The notes under the pieces were generated by a model. It did not search any database. It saw only the letters and a program-made list of their open reading frames with translations, and was not told the DNA's origin. A stretch of 53,411 nt of DNA from an archaeon (GTDB lineage: Archaea; Iainarchaeota; Iainarchaeia; Iainarchaeales; JAAZKV01): NCBI GenBank assembly GCA_041664905.1, contig JBAYJX010000004.1:1-53411 (forward strand), in the 5' to 3' direction. Positions 1 through 9,719 of the stretch are shown here, one piece after another. Within the stretch, counting starts at the first letter, position 1, and the number at the start of each line of letters is the position of its first letter. A program made the translations under genes and the position numbers.

Positions 1-29
1 TTACAAAACTGGGAATAGAGGTTGAATAA
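1..29 (+). CDS. 3' end of a CDS that begins upstream of the window (position suggests ribosomal protein uL5)
   Basis: Frame 3 is open from the window edge and reads ...TKLGIEVE-stop (TAA 27-29). It lies directly upstream of S14, where uL5 sits in archaeal spc-type clusters. Only 9 codons are visible. Confidence 0.3.
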
Positions 30-51
30 TTAATTTTTGAGGACGATTATT

Positions 52-234
52 ATGGTTGAAACAGTTGTTAAAAAGTCAAAGTCAAAAAATGACAAAATGA
101 AAAAGAGAACTGTTGGAATAAGAGAGTGCAAAATTTGCAGATCAAGAAAAGGAATGATTAGAAAATATAGTCTTGGAATATGCAGACGATGTTTTAAAGA
201 AAGAGCCAAGGATCTTGGCTGGGATAAATACTAG
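52..234 (+). CDS. rps14: 30S ribosomal protein uS14 (zinc-ribbon type)
   Basis: 60-aa basic product with CKIC...CRRC zinc-ribbon cysteines and a GWDKY C-terminus. GAGGA lies 8 nt upstream of ATG 52. The track start at 37 is an upstream TTG. Confidence 0.9.
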   Translation: MVETVVKKSKSKNDKMKKRTVGIRECKICRSRKGMIRKYSLGICRRCFKERAKDLGWDKY

Positions 235-245
235 GGCGTGAAAAA

Positions 246-638
246 ATGGCACAAATGGACCCAATTGTTGATGCATTCGCAAAAATAAAAAATGCTGAAA
301 CTGCGTCAAAAAAACAGACTGTTATAAAACCAGCCTCAAATTTCCTTGCGGAATTATTAGACATAGCCAAGGCTAACGGTTACATTGATAGTTTTGAAAA
401 GAAAGACGAAAATGGAATTATTTCAATTACAGTAAATTTAAATGGAAAAATGAATGAATGTAAAGCAATAAAACCAAGATATGCAGTAAAGAAATCAGAA
501 TTTGAAAAATATGAAAAAAGATATTTGCCTGCAAGAGATGTTGGTTTAATTGTTGTGTCAACATCAAGTGGACTTATGACACATGCTCAAGCAAAAGCTA
601 AAGGCTTAGGCGGAAGATTAGTTGTATTCATGTATTAA
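246..638 (+). CDS. rps8: 30S ribosomal protein uS8
   Basis: 130 aa. N-terminal DPIVDAFAKIKNAE and C-terminal VVSTSSGLMTHAQAKAKGLGGRLVVFMY match the S8 family pattern. The S14-S8-L6 order is conserved. Confidence 0.95.
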   Translation: MAQMDPIVDAFAKIKNAETASKKQTVIKPASNFLAELLDIAKANGYIDSFEKKDENGIISITVNLNGKMNECKAIKPRYAVKKSEFEKYEKRYLPARDVGLIVVSTSSGLMTHAQAKAKGLGGRLVVFMY

Positions 639-659
639 TGTAAATTTGGGTTGATATTT

Positions 660-1244
660 ATGGTAGAAAGCATTGTTAAAACATTAAAGTTTGCTCCAGA
701 ACTAACTGCAGAAGTTAAACCTGACAATTATTTAGTGTTAAAAGGGCCAAAAGGAACTCTTGAAAGACACTTCAAAACTCACAGAGTAAAAATAACTCTT
801 GAAGGTAAGAAAGTAATTCTTGAAGGTAGTCCAAAAAACAAGCAAACAGATAAATTAGTAGAAACAATTGTTTCACATATTAAAAATATGGCTGAAGGAT
901 TAATGTATGGTTACAAATACCAATTAAAAGTTATTTACTCACACTTTCCAATGTCAATTACAGTTGACAAAGAATGTGTAAATATTAAGAATTTTTTAGG
1001 AGAAAAATTCCCCCGAAAATCAAAAATAAGAGGGACAGTAAAAGTTGAAGTTAAAGGACAAGATGTTACTGTTAGCGGGATAAGTAAGGATGATGTTGGG
1101 CAAACAGCATCAAATTTAGAACTTAAAACAGTAGTTAAAGGTAAAGATATTAGAAGATACCAAGATGGAATTTATATAGTTGAAAGAGGAAATATTGACG
1201 CTATAAAAGAAGCAGCAGTAGAAATAATTAGAGGACGAGAATAG
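660..1244 (+). CDS. rpl6: 50S ribosomal protein uL6
   Basis: Two-domain L6-like sequence (LKGPKGTLERHF..., GKDIRRYQDGIYIVE) following S8. ATG 660 is preferred over TTG 651. Confidence 0.92.
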   Translation: MVESIVKTLKFAPELTAEVKPDNYLVLKGPKGTLERHFKTHRVKITLEGKKVILEGSPKNKQTDKLVETIVSHIKNMAEGLMYGYKYQLKVIYSHFPMSITVDKECVNIKNFLGEKFPRKSKIRGTVKVEVKGQDVTVSGISKDDVGQTASNLELKTVVKGKDIRRYQDGIYIVERGNIDAIKEAAVEIIRGRE

Positions 1245-1266
1245 TTAAATTTTTGAGTGTGATTTT

Positions 1267-1779
1267 ATGACAGCAGAAAAAACAATTACAAAAAATGATG
1301 CAAAGCCAAAAACAGAAGAGAAAAGAGACGAAAAAGTGGCTGAAACAAAAAAAGAAGTAAAGAAAAAATTTATTCAGTTTATAAAAAGAGAAAATAAGAA
1401 AAAAAGTAAAGAAGTGTATGCTGTTCAAAAAGAACTTAAGAACAAAAAAAGCACACCAGTATTTAGAGGAAGATTTGGAAAGAAAAACATTAGAAGAAAA
1501 TCAATTGAAAAATGGGACAAGTGGAGAAAACCACACGGAATTGATCTTGATAAATGCATAGCCCACGGTTTTAGACCAAAGATAGGGTATAGAAATTCTA
1601 CAGAAACAAGATTTATTCACCCTTCAGGATTTAAAGATGTTTTAGTTTGTAATATGAATGATCTTGAAAAATTAGATCCAAAGGTTGAAGCTGCAAGAAT
1701 TGCACGAACTATTGGAAAAAGAAAAAGAAATGAATTGATGACAAAAGCTAATGAAAAAGGGATTTGGGTATTAAATTAA
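1267..1779 (+). CDS. rpl32e: 50S ribosomal protein eL32 with a K/E-rich N-terminal extension
   Basis: The core FRGRFGKKNIRRKSIEKWDKWRKPHGIDLDK...GYRNSTETRFIHPSGF is eL32-like. About 50 N-terminal residues are lysine/glutamate-rich low complexity. Confidence 0.9.
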   Translation: MTAEKTITKNDAKPKTEEKRDEKVAETKKEVKKKFIQFIKRENKKKSKEVYAVQKELKNKKSTPVFRGRFGKKNIRRKSIEKWDKWRKPHGIDLDKCIAHGFRPKIGYRNSTETRFIHPSGFKDVLVCNMNDLEKLDPKVEAARIARTIGKRKRNELMTKANEKGIWVLN

Positions 1780-1796
1780 ATTTTTAGAAAAGGTGT

Positions 1797-2249
1797 ATGA
1801 CGATGGAAGCAAGAAAAGCAAGAGAACTCGCAGCAAGATTACTTAAGGTTGGAGAAGGAAGAATATATATTGACCCTGTAGCAGAATCAAAAGTTGCTGA
1901 AGCAATGACAAATGATGATATAAGAGGATTAATTGCTGAAAGAGCCATTAAAAAAAGAGCTTCAAAAGAACAATCTCTTGGAAGAGCAAGATTTGCAAGA
2001 GCCCAAAGAGTAAAAGGAAGAAGAAGAGGAGCAGGTAATAGATCTGGAACAAAGAAAGTAAGAACACACCAGAAAAAAGAATGGATAAACAAAGTAAGAT
2101 CATTAAGAAGAACACTTAAAGAAATACGAGCAAGAAGTCCAAGTGCAGTAGAAGAAAAAGTTTATTCTAACGTTTACAAAAAAATAAAAGGAAATTTTTT
2201 CAAAGGAAAAAAGAACTTAATTGAATATGTAGAGGGGGCGAAAAAATAA
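1797..2249 (+). CDS. rpl19e: 50S ribosomal protein eL19
   Basis: ARELAARLLKVGEGRIYIDP followed by a very basic C-terminal half is typical of eL19. ATG 1803 is an alternative start, 8 nt after a GGTG. Confidence 0.92.
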   Translation: MTMEARKARELAARLLKVGEGRIYIDPVAESKVAEAMTNDDIRGLIAERAIKKRASKEQSLGRARFARAQRVKGRRRGAGNRSGTKKVRTHQKKEWINKVRSLRRTLKEIRARSPSAVEEKVYSNVYKKIKGNFFKGKKNLIEYVEGAKK

Positions 2250-2815
2250 TGGCTATGACAACAACTTACCAAACAAAATTCAGACGAAGAAGACAAGGAA
2301 AAACAGATTATGTGAAAAGACTTGCGCTTGTTAAATCTAAAAAACTAAGACTTGTAATTAGAAAAACAAATAAAAGAATAATCGCTCAAGCCATGAAGTT
2401 CGATTCTCGCGGAGATATAGCTGTTGCAACAGCAGATTCTAATGAACTTGCAAAATACAAGTTTTATGGAACAAATAATACTCCATCAGCATACTTAGTT
2501 GGATTTTTATTAGGAAAAAAATTAGGCAAACAAAAATGTGTTCTTGATATGGGAAGAAGAACTCCAAGTCACGGTGGAGCAATATTTGCTGCATTAAAAG
2601 GTGCAGTTGATTCAGGGCTTGAAATACCATTTGCACAAGAAGCAATTCCAAGTGAAGAAAGACTAAATGGAAAAGCACTTGATGATTATGCTAAAAAGCT
2701 TGGCGAAAAAGCTAAGGCAGTTTTTGCTAATTATATAAAAGAAGGAATACAACCTGGCGAAATAAATAGTGCATTTGAAAAAGCTAAAACAGAAATCTCT
2801 AAGGTGAAAGCATGA
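2249..2815 (+). CDS. rpl18: 50S ribosomal protein uL18
   Basis: FRRRRQGKTDYVKRLALVKSKKLRLVIRKTNKRIIAQ is the uL18/eL5 N-terminal signature. The start overlaps the eL19 stop (TAATG). Confidence 0.93.
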   Translation: MAMTTTYQTKFRRRRQGKTDYVKRLALVKSKKLRLVIRKTNKRIIAQAMKFDSRGDIAVATADSNELAKYKFYGTNNTPSAYLVGFLLGKKLGKQKCVLDMGRRTPSHGGAIFAALKGAVDSGLEIPFAQEAIPSEERLNGKALDDYAKKLGEKAKAVFANYIKEGIQPGEINSAFEKAKTEISKVKA

Positions 2816-3558
2816 ATAGGAAAGATGTTGGAAGAGGAAAAAAGCCTGGGAGAAGAGACAGGGTAGAAGAATCTGAAATTGAAAGAATTGAAAGAGAACT
2901 AAGTGAAAAACAATTAGTTTTAGATAATTGGGTTCCAAAAACAGAACTTGGAAGAGATGTAAAGAGCGGAAAAATTACTAATGTTGATGATATATATGAA
3001 AAAGGACTTAAAGTGCTTGAACCAGAAATACCTGATTCATTACTAAGACTTGAAGACCACCTTGTACAAGTTGCAAGAACAACAAGAGTAACAAGAGCGG
3101 GAAGAAAATATTCTTACAGAGCAGATGTACTTGTTGGAAATAGAGCAGGTTACATTGGAATAGGTTCAGCAAAAGATGTTGATAGATTCCCTGCAATAAA
3201 CAAAGCAAAGCGAATGGCAAAATTAAATTTAATGAGAATATATCCTGGAAGCGGTTCATGGGAAGAACAATCAACAAGCGATAAACACTCAGTACCATTT
3301 AAAGTAACTGGAAAATCAGGGAGTGTAAGAGTAATATTAATGCCTGCACCAAAAGGAACTGGCCTTGCTGTTGGTAAAGGAATAAAACCAGTAATGGAAC
3401 TTGCAGGAATAAAAAATGTTTGGGGACGAACACAAGGGAGATCTTGTATTCAACTAAACTTTGTTCAAGCTGCAATTGATGCACTAGCACAAACCGCAAA
3501 AATGAAAGCATCAAGAGATATTGAAAGAAAGTTATCAAAAGATACAAGAACAATGTAA
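2812..3558 (+). CDS. rps5: 30S ribosomal protein uS5
   Basis: S5 dsRBD and C-terminal domain motifs are present (VARTTRVTRAGRKYSYRADVLVGN..., GSGSWEE..., GTGLAVG). It overlaps the L18 stop by 4 nt (ATGA). Confidence 0.93.
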   Translation: MNRKDVGRGKKPGRRDRVEESEIERIERELSEKQLVLDNWVPKTELGRDVKSGKITNVDDIYEKGLKVLEPEIPDSLLRLEDHLVQVARTTRVTRAGRKYSYRADVLVGNRAGYIGIGSAKDVDRFPAINKAKRMAKLNLMRIYPGSGSWEEQSTSDKHSVPFKVTGKSGSVRVILMPAPKGTGLAVGKGIKPVMELAGIKNVWGRTQGRSCIQLNFVQAAIDALAQTAKMKASRDIERKLSKDTRTM

Positions 3559-3587
3559 AAATGAAATTTGTTTAAGGTTGTGATTTG

Positions 3588-4016
3588 ATGTATGCAATAA
3601 TAAGAATTCGAGGAACAGTAAAAATAGCACCAAAAATAAGCACTACGCTTGAACTTTTAAATTTAAAGAGAGTAAACAACCTAAGTGTTTGGCCTGAAAC
3701 AGAACAAACAAAACAAATGGTAAAAATGGTAATGGATTACGTTGCATATGGGAATATTTCTAGCGAAGTATTAACAGAACTTATCGAAAAAAGAGGAAAA
3801 AGTATTGAAGAAGGAAAAAAGATTGATGTTAAAAAAGCAGTTAAAGAACTTGAAAGCGGAAAAACAATGAACAACGTTGGAATTTTTAATTGTTTTAGAA
3901 TGAGTCCTCCACGAAAAGGATACGAAAGAAAAGGAATAAAAGTTCCATTCAAATTAGGTGGGGCAAGTGGAGATAGAAAAGAAAAAATCAATGATTTAAT
4001 TTTGAGAATGATTTAA
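3588..4016 (+). CDS. rpl30: 50S ribosomal protein uL30
   Basis: MYAIIRIRGTVKIAPKISTTLELLNLKRVN is the uL30 N-terminal signature. It sits between S5 and L15. Confidence 0.9.
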   Translation: MYAIIRIRGTVKIAPKISTTLELLNLKRVNNLSVWPETEQTKQMVKMVMDYVAYGNISSEVLTELIEKRGKSIEEGKKIDVKKAVKELESGKTMNNVGIFNCFRMSPPRKGYERKGIKVPFKLGGASGDRKEKINDLILRMI

Positions 4017-4047
4017 TTTTAATGTGTTGAATGCAAAAGGTGAAAAA

Positions 4048-4554
4048 ATGACTGACAGAAAAAGACGAAAAAAGAATAAGTTGCGCGGACAGCGAACAAT
4101 GGGTGCAGGAAACACAAAGAATAGAAGAGGAGCAGGATGCAGAGGCGGAAGAGGAAAAGCAGGCTCAAATAAACACAGATTCCACTCAATGCGAAGATTA
4201 AGACTTAGAAGATACAAGTTGAAAATTGATATGAAAGTAAACGCAATAACTCTAAAACAACTTGATTTAATTATTGAACAATTAGCTATCCAAGGAAAAG
4301 TAAAGAAAGAAGGAGATAGTTATATTGTTGATTCAAAATCAGGTTATACAAAAGTGCTAAGTCAAGGTGAAGCAACTCACAAAATTATTTTGAAAATAAA
4401 TGCTTCAACAAAAGCAATAGCTAAAATAATTAAAGCCGGCGGAAAGTTTGAATTCGCAAAAGAAGGATATGTTGCAGACGAAGCTAACGCGGAAGATGAA
4501 GATTTAGAATTTGAAGAAGCAGAAGAAGGAGATAGCGCGAAAGAAAAAGAGTAA
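4048..4554 (+). CDS. rpl15: 50S ribosomal protein uL15 with an acidic C-terminal tail
   Basis: RKRRKKNKLRGQRTMGAGNTKNRRGAGCRGGRGKAG is the uL15 N-terminus. AAAGGTGA lies 6 nt before ATG 4048. The track start at 4024 is an upstream GTG. Confidence 0.9.
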   Translation: MTDRKRRKKNKLRGQRTMGAGNTKNRRGAGCRGGRGKAGSNKHRFHSMRRLRLRRYKLKIDMKVNAITLKQLDLIIEQLAIQGKVKKEGDSYIVDSKSGYTKVLSQGEATHKIILKINASTKAIAKIIKAGGKFEFAKEGYVADEANAEDEDLEFEEAEEGDSAKEKE

Positions 4555-4715
4555 ATTCTTTTTCATTGCGCGAAATTTTTTAAAGCCCTTTAGCGAGGGG
4601 GGCTTGAGCCACACAGAAACAAATAATGGGATAAATTAGATGTTTTTTGTTGAATTGAAAGTAATATAAAGCTTTAATGTGAAATTATATTAAAAAAATT
4701 AAAAGGAAAAGGTGT

Positions 4716-6098
4716 GTGTTTTTGGGTATTACTGATTTTTTAGTAGGGTTATCCCAATATCTGCCTGAAATTAAAAAATCTGAAAAAGAAATTCCTTTTA
4801 CTCAAAAAATGATGTGGACTGTGTTCGCATTAGTTGTATTCTTTGTTCTTGCTAATATTAATTTGGTGGGTCTTGATACATTATCAGCGAATGTACAAAA
4901 TATTATGTTCGCACAAACACTAATGGCAAGTGAAGTTGGAACACTTATCACAGCAGGAATTGGGCCAATAGTAATGGCATCAATATTTTTACAATTATTC
5001 CTTGGAGCACAACTACTAAAACTTGATATTCATTCTCCGGAAGGAAGAGCCAAATTTCAATCCTTACAAAAAATACTTGCAGTTGCACTTTGTTTTATTG
5101 AAGGATTCATTTATGTTGGATCGGGTTTGCTTACTCCAATAGGCGGAGCAGGATTAGGAAATCCAATGACCTGGTTACTTACTTTCCAAATTGCACTTGG
5201 GTCATTAATATTATTATACTTAGATGAAATTGTTTCAAAATACGGAATTGGTTCAGGAGTAAGTTTGTTTATTGCTGCAGGAGTATCCGGTTCATTGTTT
5301 TGGCAAGTATTTTTGCCCCCTATTCAATCAATGTTAAATCCTGCACTAGCAACAGGTGGAATTTTGTGGAGAACATTTACAACAGGAGATCCATTACTAT
5401 TACTCCCAATACTTGGTGCAATAATAATATTTTTAGTAGTTGTATTTGCTGAAGGAATGCATGTAAACATTCCAATTACTATGGGATACAAAGGAACAGG
5501 TGGAAGATATCCTGTAAAATTTTTGTATGTAAGTAACATGCCAGTAATACTTGCAATGGCATTATTTATGAATGTTAGATTATATGCATTATTTGTAGCA
5601 AAAATTCCAATAATTGGGCCTGCAATGGATGCTTTGTCTTGGGCCGTACAAATACCAAATATTGGTGGAATGAGTCTTTTCCACGGTTTGTTTATTCAAG
5701 GATTAACATCAACAACCATACTTGCAATTGGACAAGGGATATTATTTTTGATATTATTAACTGTAGCATGCATAGTATTTGGGTGGTTCTGGGTACAAAT
5801 GGGAAACCAAAGCACAGAAGCTGTGGCTGCACAACTTGAAAGAAGCGGAATGCAGATACCTGGATTTAGAAGAGATAAGAGAGTAATAGAAAAAGTACTT
5901 GAAAGATATATTCCTCCAATTACAATTTTAGGATCAATATTTGTTGCATTATTGTCTGGCTTAGGAGATTTTGTTTTAGCCGGAGTAGCAAGTGGGACAG
6001 GAATATTATTAACAGTTGGAATTATTTATAGATTCTACGAAGAAATAGCAAAAACACAACAAGAAGCATTAACAAAAATTCTTGGAAAAATGAGTTAA
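4716..6098 (+). CDS. secY: Preprotein translocase subunit SecY
   Basis: 460-aa polytopic membrane protein immediately after uL15. It carries SecY-like segments (GIGPIVMASIFLQLF, YLDEIVSKYGIGSGVSLFIAAG, IPGFRRDKR). The start is ambiguous: GTG 4716 or TTG 4722. Confidence 0.93.
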   Translation: MFLGITDFLVGLSQYLPEIKKSEKEIPFTQKMMWTVFALVVFFVLANINLVGLDTLSANVQNIMFAQTLMASEVGTLITAGIGPIVMASIFLQLFLGAQLLKLDIHSPEGRAKFQSLQKILAVALCFIEGFIYVGSGLLTPIGGAGLGNPMTWLLTFQIALGSLILLYLDEIVSKYGIGSGVSLFIAAGVSGSLFWQVFLPPIQSMLNPALATGGILWRTFTTGDPLLLLPILGAIIIFLVVVFAEGMHVNIPITMGYKGTGGRYPVKFLYVSNMPVILAMALFMNVRLYALFVAKIPIIGPAMDALSWAVQIPNIGGMSLFHGLFIQGLTSTTILAIGQGILFLILLTVACIVFGWFWVQMGNQSTEAVAAQLERSGMQIPGFRRDKRVIEKVLERYIPPITILGSIFVALLSGLGDFVLAGVASGTGILLTVGIIYRFYEEIAKTQQEALTKILGKMS

Positions 6099-6142
6099 AT
6101 TTTGGAGAAATTGGCAAAATATTGGATTTATTGGCAGTATTT

Positions 6143-6164
6143 AAAGGTTCTTTTGGGAACCTTT
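6143..6164. terminator. 8-bp perfect hairpin (AAAGGTTC-TTTTGG-GAACCTTT) followed by a T-rich stretch after secY
   Basis: The inverted repeat was read directly. It lies 45 nt after the secY stop and is followed by TTTTAAAATGTTGCTTTT. Confidence 0.3.
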
Positions 6165-6220
6165 TAAAATGTTGCTTTTAAGAAAATTGTTATACTGGTG
6201 AGTAAAGTTAAGGTGAATGT

Positions 6221-6721
6221 TTGGAAGCTGCAATAGTAGTTTTGTTAATAACAATTGCACTGGCCGCCATAACTAAAGTATTGCAAAGAAAATTAATTGA
6301 TAAGAAAAAAATGCAAGAATTGCAAAAACAAATAAAAGATGATCAAAAAAAATTTAATGAATTATTAAAGGAGGCTGAAAAAAACAAAAAAGAGATAGAG
6401 GAATTACAAACGCAAATCCTCAAAGAAAATACAGAAATGTTAAACATGAATATGAAATTAAGCATGTTTACAATGCCTGCATTTTTGGTAGCGTTTTGGT
6501 TTCTTGGTACACTCTACACAGGAAAGATATTGGAGTCAATAATACCTCTACCAACATTTCACAATTTTAATTTGTTTAATCCGTTGAGTTGGGTTCCAGT
6601 TGGAATTAGTGTGAGTACTGGGTATTACAAGATGTATTTCTTTTATTATTTTGTTTCAGCAATATTAATGGGTTTGATTGAGAAATTGTATGATATAGTA
6701 AAACAAAAAATGAAAAAATGA
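6221..6721 (+). CDS. DUF106 / EMC3-TMCO1-like membrane protein (archaeal YidC/Oxa1-like insertase candidate)
   Basis: Topology is TM1, then a K/E/Q-rich coiled coil, then two C-terminal TM segments, in 166 aa. It sits downstream of secY, which is the usual place for the Mj0480-type DUF106 gene in archaea. TTG start. Confidence 0.7.
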   Translation: MEAAIVVLLITIALAAITKVLQRKLIDKKKMQELQKQIKDDQKKFNELLKEAEKNKKEIEELQTQILKENTEMLNMNMKLSMFTMPAFLVAFWFLGTLYTGKILESIIPLPTFHNFNLFNPLSWVPVGISVSTGYYKMYFFYYFVSAILMGLIEKLYDIVKQKMKK

Positions 6722-6740
6722 TTTTTAGAGTTGATGAAAA

Positions 6741-7082
6741 ATGGTATCGCCACAGAAACAAAGACAAAAGTACAGACACAGAAAGTCTTCTACAAAGACT
6801 AAAAGAGAATACTTTGATGGAAAACATAAACTACAAGTATGTTCTTTAACTGGAAAAAAATTGCACGGAGTTCCACACGAAACAAAATGCGGGATGCTAA
6901 AGCACAGTAAAACAGAAAAAAGACCAAGTGTTCCTTTTGGAGGAGTGCTATCTGGAGAAGCCAGAGCAAAAGTATTTATTGAAATGGGAAAAGTTCTTGC
7001 AGGCGTAAAAAAGCTTGATGAAGTTGATGAAAAATACAGAAAATATGTTAAACAAGCAATTAAGCGAGCAGATATAGAATAA
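6741..7082 (+). CDS. rpl34e: 50S ribosomal protein eL34
   Basis: RQKYRHRKSSTKTKREYFDGKHKLQVCSLTGKKLHGVP resembles the eL34 N-terminal region. Confidence 0.85.
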   Translation: MVSPQKQRQKYRHRKSSTKTKREYFDGKHKLQVCSLTGKKLHGVPHETKCGMLKHSKTEKRPSVPFGGVLSGEARAKVFIEMGKVLAGVKKLDEVDEKYRKYVKQAIKRADIE

Positions 7083-7096
7083 TTGAGTTGGTGTTT

Positions 7097-7318
7097 ATGG
7101 AAATAGGACAAGTTTGTATTAAAACAAGAGGAAGAGAAGCTGGAAGAACAGTTGTTGTTCTGTCAAAGCCAAAGAGCGGAAAAGTTCTTATTGATGGACC
7201 AAAAGTAAAAAGAAAAGAATGTAATTTTTTGCATTTATTCCCACTTAGTGAACAAGTAAAAGTAAAAGAAGAAGAATCTCACGAAGGGGTAGTAAGAGCG
7301 CTTAAGGCGATGAAATAA
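7097..7318 (+). CDS. rpl14e: 50S ribosomal protein eL14 (KOW domain)
   Basis: MEIGQVCIKTRGREAGRTVVVLSK is the eL14 KOW signature and follows eL34 as in other archaea. The track start at 7088 is an upstream TTG. Confidence 0.85.
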   Translation: MEIGQVCIKTRGREAGRTVVVLSKPKSGKVLIDGPKVKRKECNFLHLFPLSEQVKVKEEESHEGVVRALKAMK

Positions 7319-7341
7319 ATTGTATTTAAAATGGTGAAAAA

Positions 7342-7851
7342 ATGGAAGAATTTAATTATATTGTTCGTGTAATCGGAAAAGACCTTGACGGTACAAAAAG
7401 TATCCAGTCAGCAATACAAGGAATAAAAGGAATTGGACAAAGAATGGGCGGACTTATTGCAAACGAATTTAGAAAAGAAAATAAAGATGCTAAAAAACGT
7501 TTACTTGGAGAACTTACTAATGAAGAAGTAAAAAAACTTGAAGAAGTAATACTTTTACCTCACAAACACAATTTACCACAATGGACATTAAATAGACAAA
7601 AAGATTTTGAAAATGGACTTGATAAACACTTAACAATGAATGATTTAGCATTTGCGTTAAGAAATGATTTGACACGAATGGCCGAAATTAAATCCTACAA
7701 GGGACTTAGACACATGTGGGGCTTGACAGTAAGAGGACAGAAGACAAAGAGTAAACACAGAGGAAAAGGCGGAACAGTAAGTGTAACAAAGAAGGATGCA
7801 GGAAAGCCAGCAGCACCAGCAAAAGCAGCTGCGGCTGGGGCAAAGAAGTAA
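7342..7851 (+). CDS. rps13: 30S ribosomal protein uS13
   Basis: [30 protein letters not shown] ... [19 protein letters not shown] is uS13-like. The S13-S4-S11-RpoD order is conserved. Confidence 0.93.
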   Translation: MEEFNYIVRVIGKDLDGTKSIQSAIQGIKGIGQRMGGLIANEFRKENKDAKKRLLGELTNEEVKKLEEVILLPHKHNLPQWTLNRQKDFENGLDKHLTMNDLAFALRNDLTRMAEIKSYKGLRHMWGLTVRGQKTKSKHRGKGGTVSVTKKDAGKPAAPAKAAAAGAKK

Positions 7852-7858
7852 AGATGTG

Positions 7859-8467
7859 ATGATTATGGGTGACCCAAAAAAGAAACGAAAACAATTCAAT
7901 AGACCAAGAAAGTCTTTCCAAAAAGAAAGAATAGAAAAGGAAAGAGTACAAAAGAAACTTTACGGTCTTAAGAACAAAAAAGAATTGTTTAGAGCAGAAA
8001 CTACAATAAGAGCAAAAAGAGCAACAGCTAGAAAATTACTTGCACTTGGGCTTGAAAACAGATTGAAAAGAGAAAAAGAGTTACTTGATTCATTAAAAAG
8101 AGTTGGAATACTTAGAGCTACTCCTGCACTTGATGATGTTTTAGTACTAACTCCGGAAACTCTGCTTGAAAGAAGATTACAAACAATTGTTTGGAGAAAA
8201 GGTTTAGCAAATACATCAAAACAAGCAAGACAATTTATTGTGCACGGACACATTGCAATTAATGGAAAGAAAGTTGATAGACCAAGTTACATAGTATTGG
8301 CTGATGAAGAAGATAAAATTACTTGGTATAAAAATGAGATTATGTTTGAATCAAAGAAAAGTTCAAATAAAAAAGCTATAAAAGGAAAAGAAGAAGCAAA
8401 AGAAAGCGAGCTAAAAAAAGAATTTGAAGAAGCAAAACCGCAAGAAGCAAAAGAAGAAACTAAATAA
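7859..8467 (+). CDS. rps4: 30S ribosomal protein uS4 with a K/E-rich C-terminal tail
   Basis: [17 protein letters not shown] at the N-terminus and an S4 RNA-binding domain ([24 protein letters not shown]). The first in-frame ATG after the S13 stop is 7859. The track ORF start at 7796 overlaps S13. Confidence 0.92.
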   Translation: MIMGDPKKKRKQFNRPRKSFQKERIEKERVQKKLYGLKNKKELFRAETTIRAKRATARKLLALGLENRLKREKELLDSLKRVGILRATPALDDVLVLTPETLLERRLQTIVWRKGLANTSKQARQFIVHGHIAINGKKVDRPSYIVLADEEDKITWYKNEIMFESKKSSNKKAIKGKEEAKESELKKEFEEAKPQEAKEETK

Positions 8468-8493
8468 TAAATGAGATTTGTGAGTGGATTGAT

Positions 8494-8883
8494 ATGGCAG
8501 AAACAAGAGGAATAGTTCATGTGTTTGCAACACACAATAATACAATGTTGTTACTCACTGATTTAACAGGTGCAGAGACAATAGCAAAAGCAACAGGTGG
8601 AATGGAAACAAAAGCACAACACAAAGAAGGTTCTCCTTATGTTGCAATGAAGCTTGCTGAGAATATTGCAAATGCAGCAAAAGAAAAAGGAATAAGAGAA
8701 GTTTATGTTAAAGTAAGGGGAAGAGGCGGAAACAAAAGTCCATCAGCAGGAACTGGGGCAGAAGCTGCAATTAGATCAATCACAAGAAACGGACTAAGAA
8801 TTGTTTCAATTGAAAATGTAACACCACTTCCACATGATGGATGCAGAAAGCAGAAGAAATTCAGAGGAAAAGCTGAAAAGTAA
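8494..8883 (+). CDS. rps11: 30S ribosomal protein uS11
   Basis: GIVHVFATHNNTMLLLTDLTGAE ... GLRIVSIENVTPLPHDGCR is the uS11 signature. Confidence 0.95.
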   Translation: MAETRGIVHVFATHNNTMLLLTDLTGAETIAKATGGMETKAQHKEGSPYVAMKLAENIANAAKEKGIREVYVKVRGRGGNKSPSAGTGAEAAIRSITRNGLRIVSIENVTPLPHDGCRKQKKFRGKAEK

Positions 8884-8904
8884 ATTAACTAAAAAGGGAT
8901 TTTT

Positions 8905-9651
8905 ATGGATACAAAAAAAGTATTTGATGATGGAATTGTTTCAAAGTACCTAATCAAAGGCACTACACCCGTTTTCATGAATACACTAAGAAGAGCAATA
9001 ATGATTAACGTTCCATGCCTTGCAATAGAAGATGTTCAAATATATGAAAACGATTCACCAACATTTGATGAATTACTTTCAAACAGATTAGGATTACTTC
9101 CAATTAAAACAGATGTTAAAACCTATAAACGAGGAGACACTGTTAAACTAGTACTAGAAAAAACTGGGCCATGCACAGTTACAAGCAAAGACATAAAATG
9201 CACTGATCCAAAAATAGAAATACTTGATAAAAAAATAATTATTACTAAACTTGCAAAAGATCATAATCTTAAACTTGAAATGACTGCAATAATGAATTCT
9301 GGGGAAGCACATGCTAGATTTCAACCAGCAATTGTTTCATACAACGAAGTAATTGAAGTAAAAAATGACAAAAGTTATGATACTAAAGCAATACTTGCAG
9401 AAATGCCAAAAGGAAGTATTGAAGTAAAAGCAGGAAAATTGTTTTTTTCTGATCCTTACAATACAGAACACCAAAACCAACACCTTGATATTTTAAGAAA
9501 ACACAAAGTAGATGTGGAATATAGTAAAACTGACTTTATATTAACAATTGAATCAACTGGACAATTAACTGCAAAAGAAGTAATTAGTGCAGCAGTTGAT
9601 CAGTTAAATGAAAAATTAGAAGAATTAGATAAAGAAATTAAAAAATTATAA
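8905..9651 (+). CDS. rpoD: DNA-directed RNA polymerase subunit D (Rpo3)
   Basis: FMNTLRRAIMINVPCLAIEDVQIYENDSPTFDELLSNRLGLLPIK matches the RpoD/RPB3 dimerisation-domain pattern. It follows S11. Confidence 0.9.
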   Translation: MDTKKVFDDGIVSKYLIKGTTPVFMNTLRRAIMINVPCLAIEDVQIYENDSPTFDELLSNRLGLLPIKTDVKTYKRGDTVKLVLEKTGPCTVTSKDIKCTDPKIEILDKKIIITKLAKDHNLKLEMTAIMNSGEAHARFQPAIVSYNEVIEVKNDKSYDTKAILAEMPKGSIEVKAGKLFFSDPYNTEHQNQHLDILRKHKVDVEYSKTDFILTIESTGQLTAKEVISAAVDQLNEKLEELDKEIKKL

Positions 9652-9673
9652 ATAAAATTTAATAATTGGAAAA

Positions 9674-9692
9674 CAATTCACAAAGTGAATTG
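9674..9692. terminator. 8-bp perfect hairpin (CAATTCAC-AAA-GTGAATTG) between rpoD and tRNA-Leu
   Basis: The inverted repeat was read directly. A second hairpin, AAGCCA-N9-TGGCTT (9697-9717), abuts the tRNA 5' end. The function (termination or processing) is not established. Confidence 0.25.
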
Positions 9693-9719
9693 GATTAAGC
9701 CAAAATAAAAGTGGCTTCC

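Noticed and set aside
7796-7858. Track start of the uS4 ORF at 7796, which overlaps the uS13 C-terminus
   Set aside because: The conserved uS4 N-terminus (GDPKKKRK...) begins at the ATG at 7859, just after the S13 stop. The upstream part is S13 read in another frame.
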